The notes beneath the pieces were generated by a model that saw only the letters and a list, made by a program, of their open reading frames with translations, did not search any database and was not told the DNA's origin. The position numbers and the translations under genes were made by a program. This document shows positions 56,249 through 64,000 of a DNA stretch of 64,000 nt, piece after piece. The first letter of the stretch is position 1, and each line of letters starts with the position of its first letter. The DNA comes from an uncultured Candidatus Saccharibacteria bacterium (GTDB lineage Bacteria > Patescibacteriota > Minisyncoccia > Phycocordibacterales > CAIRYW01): assembly GCA_964446625.1 (NCBI GenBank), contig CAYUPH010000001.1:70283-134282 (forward strand), given 5' to 3'.

Positions 56249-56770
56249 TTAGGAAACGCTGTTAAGGTTGATACAGATAGTGTGCTCGATATATTGCAAG
56301 ACCCAAACTTTATAGAGGAAGATAATTACTCAATTCCAGGAGTCACACCCGTAGAACCCGCTGGTGCGATTGGAGAAAAAACTAATATACCTGCGGGTAT
56401 TCGAGTTGATAGTCAAGGAAAACAAGTTGATATCACTATGAAATCCAGCTTAGAGCGCCTAAACCAGGAATTAGGAAAAAACAACATCGGATGGGCTGTC
56501 ACAGAGGCTTACCCACCAAGTAGGCAACACAAGGCGCCATGTCACCAAACTGGAACTTGCATTGATGCGAACTTCCGAAGTACTGATGCAAGTCCTGAGA
56601 ACGTAAAGAAATTTCTTCAGAGCGCGAGCACAGCAGGACTTCGAGCGGTCTATGAAGTTCAGTCTGAAAGTGAAAGAACCAGATTTGTAAACGCGGGTGT
56701 TCCAGCGGAAAGCATAGTGAACCTTGGAAGTTGGATCACTGCTCCACACTTTTCTGTTTATAGTAATTAA
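55892..56770 (+). CDS. T4SS pilin-like domain fused to a putative LAS/M15-like zinc peptidase domain
   Basis: Same pilin domain; C-terminal VTEAYPP...CHQTGTCID...APHFS (H-x6-D...H). Confidence 0.72.
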   Translation: MKKQIFKFLFFVTFFPLICFGYTPLVQVDGLTTNLDSNNPNLISEYLLGLYKFGVGLAAAIAIVLIIIGGFQYATTDAIGGKEDGKERIRNAIGGLLLALFSFLILNTIDPRLTSVDFNLGNAVKVDTDSVLDILQDPNFIEEDNYSIPGVTPVEPAGAIGEKTNIPAGIRVDSQGKQVDITMKSSLERLNQELGKNNIGWAVTEAYPPSRQHKAPCHQTGTCIDANFRSTDASPENVKKFLQSASTAGLRAVYEVQSESERTRFVNAGVPAESIVNLGSWITAPHFSVYSN

Positions 56771-56794
56771 TTATTTTTGAGGTAAAATATAGCT

Positions 56795-58186
56795 ATGCTT
56801 AAGAAAGTAGTTATCGCGCTCGAAATTCTTTTGGTAATTATTCTTCTTTGGGTTGGGTACGCTTTCTTCAAATTTAAAACAAACCCAAAAAATGAAACTT
56901 TTGTTGAAACAGCCAGCAACATTTTTCCTTTTGGTGATTTTGGATCGTCTCCAGATTTAAAACTTGGAAGTGGGGGTGGCGCAGTAGGCGACACGACACC
57001 TTCTCCAGATTCTACATTAGACGGAAACACTACAGATGATCCAAGCCTTAATACCCCTAGCGTAATTCCTAGACTGCGCCAAATTACCACTGTCCCTACA
57101 GCTGGTTCAATCATTGTTCCAAGAGAGAAAGAAATCATTAAAGACGGTAAAAAGACAAAAATTACAGAGTATTTTATTCGTTATACAGACCGTGCCACAG
57201 GACATGTGAGTGAAACTAAAACAGATTCCTTGTCAGTAGAAAAAATTTCTAATACAACTATTCCAAAAGTATATGAGGCTTACTATACATTCGGAGGTGA
57301 CGGATTTCTAGCAAGACTCCTTGATGACGATGGAGAAACTATAAAAACTTACTTTGTTTCTCTCGTAAAAAACACAGGCACTTCAACAGACCCAGCAAAT
57401 ATTCTTTCCCCTAAAGAATCGAGCATCTCATTTCTACCGAACAACCTCAGAGAAGTGTCACTTTCTCCTGACAGACTTTCACTTCTATCCCTTTCATATG
57501 GAGGAAGTGGGGGAGTAATTGAAGCAGGAAGTGTCACAGGAAAAAATAAAAAAACAGTTTATAATGGCGAACTTAGAGAATGGCTCATTGAATGGGTTGA
57601 CGCGGGACGCGCAATTCTTACAACAAAACCTTCTGGATACGTTGTAGGGTATTCTTACTTCCTTAATATGGTAAGTGGAGGATTTGATAAGATTACTGGG
57701 GGAATTTTAGGCCTTACAATACACGCTGCACCAAACACACAATTTATACTCGTTGGAGAAGGTGGAAACACACAAAACCTGTCAGTTTATTCCACGAAGG
57801 ATAGATCGCTGCGAGTAACTGGACTTAAAACACTCCCTGAAAAATGTACTTTTGCAAAAAAAGAAAAAAATACAGCGTATTGTCTTGTTCCTTTCATTCT
57901 TCCAGAAGGTGTATACCCTGACAGTTGGTATAAAGGGGACATCACGTTTTCTGATACCCTTTGGAAAATTAATCTCGAAAACGGTGAAACAAAACTAGTA
58001 GCAAACTTTAGATACCCATACAACCAAGAAATAGATGGAGTAAACCCAGAAGTTGCCTCTAATGATGCGTATATAACGTTTATAAACAAAAAAGATCTTA
58101 CTCTCTGGGGTTACACCATAGAAGAGCAAGTTGCTGCAACTACAACAAAAAGCACCGCTTCTTCTACAGCGGTGCTTCCTCGATAA
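56795..58186 (+). CDS. Membrane-anchored beta-rich (propeller-like) protein
   Basis: N-terminal TM, Pro/Thr linker, repeated short beta strands. Confidence 0.7.
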   Translation: MLKKVVIALEILLVIILLWVGYAFFKFKTNPKNETFVETASNIFPFGDFGSSPDLKLGSGGGAVGDTTPSPDSTLDGNTTDDPSLNTPSVIPRLRQITTVPTAGSIIVPREKEIIKDGKKTKITEYFIRYTDRATGHVSETKTDSLSVEKISNTTIPKVYEAYYTFGGDGFLARLLDDDGETIKTYFVSLVKNTGTSTDPANILSPKESSISFLPNNLREVSLSPDRLSLLSLSYGGSGGVIEAGSVTGKNKKTVYNGELREWLIEWVDAGRAILTTKPSGYVVGYSYFLNMVSGGFDKITGGILGLTIHAAPNTQFILVGEGGNTQNLSVYSTKDRSLRVTGLKTLPEKCTFAKKEKNTAYCLVPFILPEGVYPDSWYKGDITFSDTLWKINLENGETKLVANFRYPYNQEIDGVNPEVASNDAYITFINKKDLTLWGYTIEEQVAATTTKSTASSTAVLPR

Positions 58187-58631
58187 CTTTTTTGTATTTC
58201 ACTACAACCCTCCTGTCTTTTCCCTCTCCAATAGAGTCGGTTTCTATATCACTTAGACCTTCAAGGGCAGTATGAATTACCATTCGCTCATACGAGCTCA
58301 TCGGCTCCATTTCAACATCCATCTTAAAGCTCCTTGCTCTCTCTGCAAGAATGCGCGCTTTAGAAATAATAACTGCATCTCTCTTAGCCTTTTGTCCATT
58401 TACATCAAAACTAATCCTTTGCTCCTCACCAATCTCTTTCCCAAGAATCTTTTTTAAAAGGGTAGAAAGTGCATCAAACCTTTCGCCGTCTCGGCCCAAA
58501 AATCCTCTTTCATCGAGAGTTTGTATCGATATTAGAACTCCGTGGTCTGTGGCCTCTACTTCAACACTCTCAGGTTGTAGTAGAACCTTTGCAAAAAATT
58601 CATTAACAATAGATTTAACTTTCTCTTCCAT
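58164..58631 (-). CDS. jag: Short Jag/KhpB-like KH-R3H RNA-binding protein
   Basis: FLGRDGERFDAL (KH), MSSYERMVIH (R3H), SIGEG..RRV; downstream of yidC. Confidence 0.85.
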   Translation of the reverse strand: MEEKVKSIVNEFFAKVLLQPESVEVEATDHGVLISIQTLDERGFLGRDGERFDALSTLLKKILGKEIGEEQRISFDVNGQKAKRDAVIISKARILAERARSFKMDVEMEPMSSYERMVIHTALEGLSDIETDSIGEGKDRRVVVKYKKVIEEAPL

Positions 58632-58671
58632 ACCTTTACATCTTATCGATGAAAAAGGTTATGTCAACTTT

Positions 58672-59379
58672 CTATTCCTTTCGGATGTTTCTTTTAACGT
58701 ATATTTCTTGGAAAGTCATGAAAACGTTACGGACAGACCAATAAAGGGGGAGAGCACTAGGAAGAGTCACACCAATAAACCCAATAAGAATAGGGAAAAC
58801 ATACTTCATCTGGATTCCCATAGAATGCGAAAAGTTTTCACTAAATGAGCTTTCTGCTGTAGGTTTTTTTGTTTTAGGTGCTGCAATCTGAGCCTGCACA
58901 AACTGGGTAACTCCTGCAATAACAGCCATTACAAGGCTTTTCTCGCTTATATCAAGTAAACCAAGGAAATGCATCGAGACGGTTTCTGGCACCTTTACAA
59001 AAGAGTAGAGAAGTTCGGTATGAATTGTAGGTAGCCCTCCTCGAAGGAAAACGAAGTAGAGGGCAAAAATGATTGGAAACTGGATAAGCATAAGGAAAAT
59101 CATCGAAATAGGGTTAATCTTATGCCTTTTATAAAGCTCCATCATATGAAGTGCCTGCTCCTGTCTATCTGGATACTTTTCTTTTAGTGCCTTTAGTTCT
59201 GGATCAATCTGTTTTAGTTTGATTTGGCTTCGAATTGCATTCTTTGAGATACCAAAGAGGATAAAACTAACTATTATGGTTAATGTAACAACGGCAATAC
59301 CCGCGTCTCCACCTGGAATAACTCCAATTAGATACACTAGCGCATTGTAAAGGGGATCATAAAATAATGTGTGAAACAT
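58672..59379 (-). CDS. yidC: Membrane protein insertase YidC (short form)
   Basis: MELYK..KINP, LIQFPI, PSALPLYW; synteny with rnpA and rpmH. Confidence 0.92.
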   Translation of the reverse strand: MFHTLFYDPLYNALVYLIGVIPGGDAGIAVVTLTIIVSFILFGISKNAIRSQIKLKQIDPELKALKEKYPDRQEQALHMMELYKRHKINPISMIFLMLIQFPIIFALYFVFLRGGLPTIHTELLYSFVKVPETVSMHFLGLLDISEKSLVMAVIAGVTQFVQAQIAAPKTKKPTAESSFSENFSHSMGIQMKYVFPILIGFIGVTLPSALPLYWSVRNVFMTFQEIYVKRNIRKE

Positions 59380-59409
59380 AGGGTAATTATACTATTTTTT
59401 AATATGCTC

Positions 59410-59733
59410 TCAAAGAGAAATTTTTGTAATTTCACCAAGCAAAAGAGTACTAAACTCTGAAAAATCCTTGTTTTTAAGCTCTTTCCGAAGAATTATAAGA
59501 ATAGAGCAGGCTGGTAGGGAACTCATGTTCGTGCGGAGAATCTCCTTTACCCACCTTTTATACTTATTTCGGCAAACCGCCCTTGGAAAGTCTTTTTTTG
59601 GAACAGAAATAGCGAATTTCTTTGTTTTAGGGCTATTTACATAGATAAAAGAGAAAAAAGGCGAGTGTATTTTTCGCCCTTTTTCAACAATTTCCTGGAT
59701 TTGGTTCCTATTTAGCCGGCCCGTTTTAGGCAT
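59410..59733 (-). CDS. rnpA: RNase P protein component
   Basis: FAISVPKK...AVCRNKYKR (RNR motif); synteny. Confidence 0.88.
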   Translation of the reverse strand: MPKTGRLNRNQIQEIVEKGRKIHSPFFSFIYVNSPKTKKFAISVPKKDFPRAVCRNKYKRWVKEILRTNMSSLPACSILIILRKELKNKDFSEFSTLLLGEITKISL

Positions 59734-59751
59734 ACACCAGGTTTTTAAGCT

Positions 59752-59889
59752 TTAAACAGTAGAAAGTCGTTTTCGACCCTTTCGAAGTCGGTTCTGAAGT
59801 GTTCTTGCACCATTTCGCATCTTCTTTCGTGCAAGAAAACCATGAGTTTTCGCTCGTTTTTTCTTTTTTGGGTTATATGTCTGTGACAT
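59752..59889 (-). CDS. rpmH: 50S ribosomal protein L34
   Basis: MSQTYNPKKKKRAKTHGFLAR...KGRKRL. Confidence 0.95.
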   Translation of the reverse strand: MSQTYNPKKKKRAKTHGFLARKKMRNGARTLQNRLRKGRKRLSTV

Positions 59890-59954
59890 GAAGAAAATAT
59901 AGCATATTTTTTCCATTTGACAAATAAGGAGGAAAATAGGGGTGAAATCAGGAC

Positions 59955-59982
59955 TAATCCACTTTTCCACAACTTATCAACA
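59955..59982 (+). promoter_or_regulatory. DnaA boxes upstream of dnaA
   Basis: TAATCCACT, TTTTCCACA (59963-59971), TTATCAACA (59974-59982). Confidence 0.7.
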
Positions 59983-60039
59983 TACTTATAAACCTTACGC
60001 AAGTTTTTTTGAAAATGAAAGGCTTTATAATTTACTGCA

Positions 60040-61380
60040 ATGGAAAAAGATTTCTTATGGAAAAAAGTTTTAGGTGAGATGGAAATTATGCTTTCGAAAG
60101 CTAACTTCTCTACATGGTTTAAAGATACTTTTATTTTAAAAATTGATGATGGGGTAGTACACCTTGGAGTACCGAGTGCGTTCGTAAAGGATTGGCTCGC
60201 AAGCAAGTACCATAAATCTATTCTGAAAGCTCTTCGAGACGCTGATGAAGCAATCAGATCCCTTGAATACAACATTGTAAAAGACGAGCAAAGAAGAAAG
60301 GTAGAGGAGAATAATCGAAAACAAGAGTTTTTAGGTAGAGAACTGCCTCTTGGGGACCTTTACATAAACAAAGATGACAACCTAAACCCAAGATATACCT
60401 TTGAAAGTTTTGTTGTGGGCCCCTTCAATGAACTCGCGCATGCCGCGGCGCAAGCTGTTATTAAAAAACCTGCGACATATAACCCTCTTTTCTTTTACGG
60501 AGACACCGGGAGAGGGAAAACCCACCTTATTCAAGCTATTGGAAACCATATAAAGCAAAATTTTCCGGACAAAAAGGTGTTTTATATTCCGTCAGAAAAA
60601 TTCTATCAAGACTGTACTTCATCAATTCAAGAGGGGAAAGTAAACTCTTTTAAGGATAAATATCGAAAATATGATGTTATTATCATGGACGATATCCAGT
60701 TTCTCGCAAAGAAAGAACGAACTCAGGAAGAGCTCTTTCACCTCTTTAACAACTTGTATGAGAGCGGAAAACAAATTGTCTTTTCATCAGACCAGCACCC
60801 AAACTACATGCAAGATATTGAAGATAGGCTCAAATCACGTTTTGTCTCTGGAATGATTGTTGATATTCCTCCTCCAGACTACGAATCGAGAGCTGCGATT
60901 ATAAAAACAAAGCTAAATCAGCGAGGATTTCGCATTAATGATGAAGTAATAGACTTTCTAGCCAGCAATCTAGAAGGGAGCATCAGAGAGCTTGAAGGTG
61001 TACTGAATGCAATTGTTTGCCAAACAGAGCTTAGAGGGAAAGAGCTCGATCTCTCTGAGGTAAAACACCTCATAAAAGACACAGCAAAACCAGTTAAAAA
61101 CATCTCTGTAAAAGATGTGGTGCGTGTAATTGCTAAATTCTACGACATCGACGAAACCGAAATTGTCGACAAAAGCCGAAAGAAAGAAGTTGTAAAGCCT
61201 CGACAAATTGCCATGTATCTCCTTCGAGAAGACTTTAATATCTCGTACCCATCAATAGGACAAAAGCTTGGGGGAAGGGACCATACTACCGTTATTCACT
61301 CATGCGAGAAAATAAAGAACGATATTAAAAATAATAACCAACTAAACCAGGAGCTGACACAAATCAGGTCAATGTTGTAA
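60040..61380 (+). CDS. dnaA: Chromosomal replication initiator DnaA
   Basis: LNPRYTFESFVVG, YNPLFFYG..G.GKTHL, DDIQF, RQIAMYL, GGRDHTTV. Confidence 0.98.
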   Translation: MEKDFLWKKVLGEMEIMLSKANFSTWFKDTFILKIDDGVVHLGVPSAFVKDWLASKYHKSILKALRDADEAIRSLEYNIVKDEQRRKVEENNRKQEFLGRELPLGDLYINKDDNLNPRYTFESFVVGPFNELAHAAAQAVIKKPATYNPLFFYGDTGRGKTHLIQAIGNHIKQNFPDKKVFYIPSEKFYQDCTSSIQEGKVNSFKDKYRKYDVIIMDDIQFLAKKERTQEELFHLFNNLYESGKQIVFSSDQHPNYMQDIEDRLKSRFVSGMIVDIPPPDYESRAAIIKTKLNQRGFRINDEVIDFLASNLEGSIRELEGVLNAIVCQTELRGKELDLSEVKHLIKDTAKPVKNISVKDVVRVIAKFYDIDETEIVDKSRKKEVVKPRQIAMYLLREDFNISYPSIGQKLGGRDHTTVIHSCEKIKNDIKNNNQLNQELTQIRSML

Positions 61381-61614
61381 ACACTGTGTAAAACCTGTTG
61401 AAAAGTATCTTATAAACCCTTAAAAATATCTGGAAAACTAGAAAAGAAATCCACAAAAGAAAAGTTATTCACAAAGTGTAAAAAAATCTACCCAACAAAA
61501 CTAAAGCAGGGAGCAGTAAGATAACCTTAAAAAATAACCTTAAATCAAGATTTCCACATATCCACAGAGCTTTATTAATACAATATATTTAATTAATAAA
61601 ATAATAATAAATAC
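61381..61614. other. Probable oriC in the dnaA-dnaN gap
   Basis: DnaA-box variants TTATTCACA (61465), ATTTCCACA (61550), ATATCCACA (61558), TGTGTAAAA and TGTTGAAAA, followed by an almost pure A/T tract with TAA triplets. Confidence 0.8.
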
Positions 61615-62712
61615 ATGACAACTGAAATATCGAGAGAGAAGTTCATAGAAGGTATTGGGAAAGCAGAGAAGATTTCTGGGAAGCATGTTTCACTCCCTAT
61701 TCTCTCTAGTGTGCTTATGCAGGTAAAAAAGAATGAGGTTGTTTTTGTCTCTACAAACCTTGATGTTGGTATTGAAGTACAAATCCCAGCAAAAGGAGAA
61801 GATGAGTATTCTTTTGTAATTAAGCCTGAACCCGTGAAGTCTTTCCTACTTGGAGCAAAGGGTCAAAATGTGTCTTTAGAAAAACGAGAAAATGTTCTTG
61901 AGATGAGAGTGGGAGACAATGTTGCTACGGTTAAAATTGAGTCTCCTGAAGAGTTTCCAACAATCCCAAGGGTATCAGAAGGGAAAGAGTGGTTTATTGC
62001 GTCTAAAGACCTTACAAAAGGAATTAAAGCGGTACTCTGGAGTGCTTCAACTTCAACAATAAAGCCTGAGATTGGAAGTGTGTATATTTATCAAAATGAA
62101 GAGGATGTTGTGTTTGTTGCAACAGACTCTTTTCGTCTTGCAGAGAAGAAGATAAAAGCAAAAAAAGCAAAGGATTTTGAACCACTTCTTATTCCGACAA
62201 AAAATGCATCTGAAATAATAAAAATTCTTGATGGGGTGAGCTCGGAAGTGAAAGTTATTTCAAGTAAGAATCAGATCTCATTTGAAGCAGAAGGAACCTA
62301 CCTTACTTCGCGTCTTGTTGATGGAAACTTTCCTGACTACAAGCAAATTATTCCTAAAGAATTTAATACGGAAGCAAGGATCTTAAAGGAAGACTTGTCT
62401 TCTGTTCTCCGAACAGCAGCGGTTTTTTCGGATTCATTTCATCAGGCGACACTTACGTTTATCCCAAAGGATAAGAGTTTGGAGGTGAAAACACGAAGTA
62501 ATGAGGTCGGGGAAAGTGTATGTAAAATAAAAGGTTCACTTGAAGGAAACGTGCTTTCGATGAATTTTAATCACAGGTATTTGGCGGATCCGCTTCAGTC
62601 TATTGAAGGAGAAGGGGTGCTTATAAGTGCTGTTTCAGAAAGTAAACCACTTATTATAAAAAATAGTGGCGGGAGTGATTTTCTTTACTTAGTGATGCCT
62701 ATGAATCGCTAA
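61615..62712 (+). CDS. dnaN: DNA polymerase III beta clamp
   Basis: LPILS, STNLD, VATDSFRLA, SRLVDGNFPDY, YLVMPM. Confidence 0.96.
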   Translation: MTTEISREKFIEGIGKAEKISGKHVSLPILSSVLMQVKKNEVVFVSTNLDVGIEVQIPAKGEDEYSFVIKPEPVKSFLLGAKGQNVSLEKRENVLEMRVGDNVATVKIESPEEFPTIPRVSEGKEWFIASKDLTKGIKAVLWSASTSTIKPEIGSVYIYQNEEDVVFVATDSFRLAEKKIKAKKAKDFEPLLIPTKNASEIIKILDGVSSEVKVISSKNQISFEAEGTYLTSRLVDGNFPDYKQIIPKEFNTEARILKEDLSSVLRTAAVFSDSFHQATLTFIPKDKSLEVKTRSNEVGESVCKIKGSLEGNVLSMNFNHRYLADPLQSIEGEGVLISAVSESKPLIIKNSGGSDFLYLVMPMNR

Positions 62713-62713
62713 A

Positions 62714-62968
62714 ATGAATTTTCTTGGTGATTTTCTCGAGAAGTTTAAGAACATACGAGATCCAAAAAAAGATAGAGAATGTGTCTCAGAAGTTGTCACA
62801 GAAGTTCTAGGTGTTCCTGTTTCAGAAAAAGAAATTCAGATAAAAGACAAGGAGATAATCTTATCTCTTTCTCCAATTTTAAAAAACGAAGTTTTTCTTC
62901 GCAAAAATGAAATACTAAAAAAGTTACAGGAAAAGTTTCCAACTCTTCCTGTAACTCATATACGGTAG
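62714..62968 (+). CDS. Small protein after dnaN, DUF721/DciA-like
   Basis: IQIKDKEIILSLSPILKNEVFLRKNEILKKL resembles the DciA/DnaA domain-I fold; located in the dnaA-dnaN operon. Confidence 0.5.
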   Translation: MNFLGDFLEKFKNIRDPKKDRECVSEVVTEVLGVPVSEKEIQIKDKEIILSLSPILKNEVFLRKNEILKKLQEKFPTLPVTHIR

Positions 62969-64000
62969 CTATTTTTCGTGAGTAAAAGTTGTCGAGAATT
63001 GAGCGACATTTCCAGCGGAATCTGTAACGGAAGCTGTTACTGTGTTTATTCCTACTTCTATGTTTGGATTATTTCCTGTAATTCTTGTTGAAAAGTCACC
63101 GCTACTTTCTGATTTTACGTAGGTTCCGTTTATAAAGTAGTCTACTTTTGAGATTTTTTTGTCCGATACTATTTTTACTTCAAAAGAAATACTTCTTGAA
63201 CCCTTAAAGACTTCTCCGTTTTCAGGAGACGTAAAGCTACCGCGGATTGTTGACCCACCGGATGTGCCTGGAATTATATCCGTCGTTGTTGTGCTTTGGA
63301 GACCTGCCCATTTTTGAACAGAGTACTCCCAGTGGGAAAACTGTGGATCACTATAAGGGTTTGTAGTGCCGCCTCCAAGAGGATTTTCTTTGTTGATAAA
63401 GTAAAGAATCGAGTGGGGTATTCCTGATGAGTCTTGGTAAACTCCTCGGATCGCTGGAGGAACGGAATCAAGGGGAGAAAGTTCAGGTTTCGCAAACTTT
63501 TCATCAGGAAGCTCTTTGAGGACTTCATTAAAGAATGCGTGCCACATAGGAGCTACTATGTAACCCGCCACTTTCTTATCAATAGGACTATTGTCGTTAT
63601 TTCCCGACCAAGCCCCAATCGTAACTTGTGGAGTGTAGCCAACAACCCATGTATCTCTATAGTTGTTTGTTGTACCAGTTTTAGCAGCAACATCTCTTCC
63701 TGCATAGTAAAGTGAGCCATGGCTTCCGAAAACTGGCGCCCTTGCAGTGTCGTCACTTAATATACTTGAGATCGTGAGAGCCACATTTCTATCAAGGACT
63801 CTTGTTTTCTTTTCTTCCCATTCTTCAAGTACTTTTCCGCTCTTATCTTCCACTTTTAGAATGCCTGTTACAGGAACCTTCTCTCCTTCATTTGAAAAGA
63901 CACTATACGCACCTACCATATCAAGAAGAGTTACTTCTCCACCTCCAAGTACGAGTGAAAGACCGTATCTTTTAGGGTCTGTAATTGTTGTGATTCCCAT
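62969..64000 (-). CDS. Class A penicillin-binding protein, C-terminal part (transpeptidase plus Ig-like domain), 5'-truncated by the window
   Basis: LVLGGGEV, AAKTGTT, DTWVVGYTP, C-terminal Big-like domain. Confidence 0.9.
   Translation of the reverse strand: MGITTITDPKRYGLSLVLGGGEVTLLDMVGAYSVFSNEGEKVPVTGILKVEDKSGKVLEEWEEKKTRVLDRNVALTISSILSDDTARAPVFGSHGSLYYAGRDVAAKTGTTNNYRDTWVVGYTPQVTIGAWSGNNDNSPIDKKVAGYIVAPMWHAFFNEVLKELPDEKFAKPELSPLDSVPPAIRGVYQDSSGIPHSILYFINKENPLGGGTTNPYSDPQFSHWEYSVQKWAGLQSTTTTDIIPGTSGGSTIRGSFTSPENGEVFKGSRSISFEVKIVSDKKISKVDYFINGTYVKSESSGDFSTRITGNNPNIEVGINTVTASVTDSAGNVAQFSTTFTHEK

Noticed and set aside
59745-60275. 176-aa minus-strand ORF and similar antisense ORFs over nusA, ppa, rny and pcrA
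   Set aside because: They overlap well-supported genes (here dnaA and rpmH) and have no motifs; shadow frames.

Overview
64-kb chromosomal window of an AT-rich Patescibacteria/CPR bacterium, most likely Parcubacteria. This is inferred from compact SD-poor genes, a trigger factor lacking the PPIase domain, a cluster-less MutY, expanded TrmB regulators and a PrgI/VirB4/pilin cluster; genetic code 11. It ends at the origin region (jag-yidC-rnpA-rpmH / dnaA-oriC-dnaN). Housekeeping genes include nusA, ppa, tig, rsmE, def, clpP, rny, HU, cca, xth, a Xer-type recombinase, rpsO, pnp, comM, pcrA and rsmA, plus four tRNAs (Gly-TCC, Pro-TGG, Gly-GCC, Arg-TCG). A >1108-aa surface protein at the left edge was missed by the ORF track. 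Most notable observations: (1) ~195-bp non-coding structured elements behind both tRNA-Gly genes, built from direct and inverted copies of each host tRNA's own 3' end around a shared core; (2) tandem 'orphan(s) <- -> TrmB' cassettes delimited by three copies of the pnp terminator; (3) a T4SS-like locus with two pilin-like genes sharing a 289-bp near-identical segment but fused to different predicted peptidoglycan hydrolases, plus a PT-TG-like protein; (4) seven parS-like palindromes in and around yraN; (5) a divergent ValRS-like protein with a degenerate editing domain; (6) several candidate structured RNAs. All calls were made by eye; no database search or folding computation was run.
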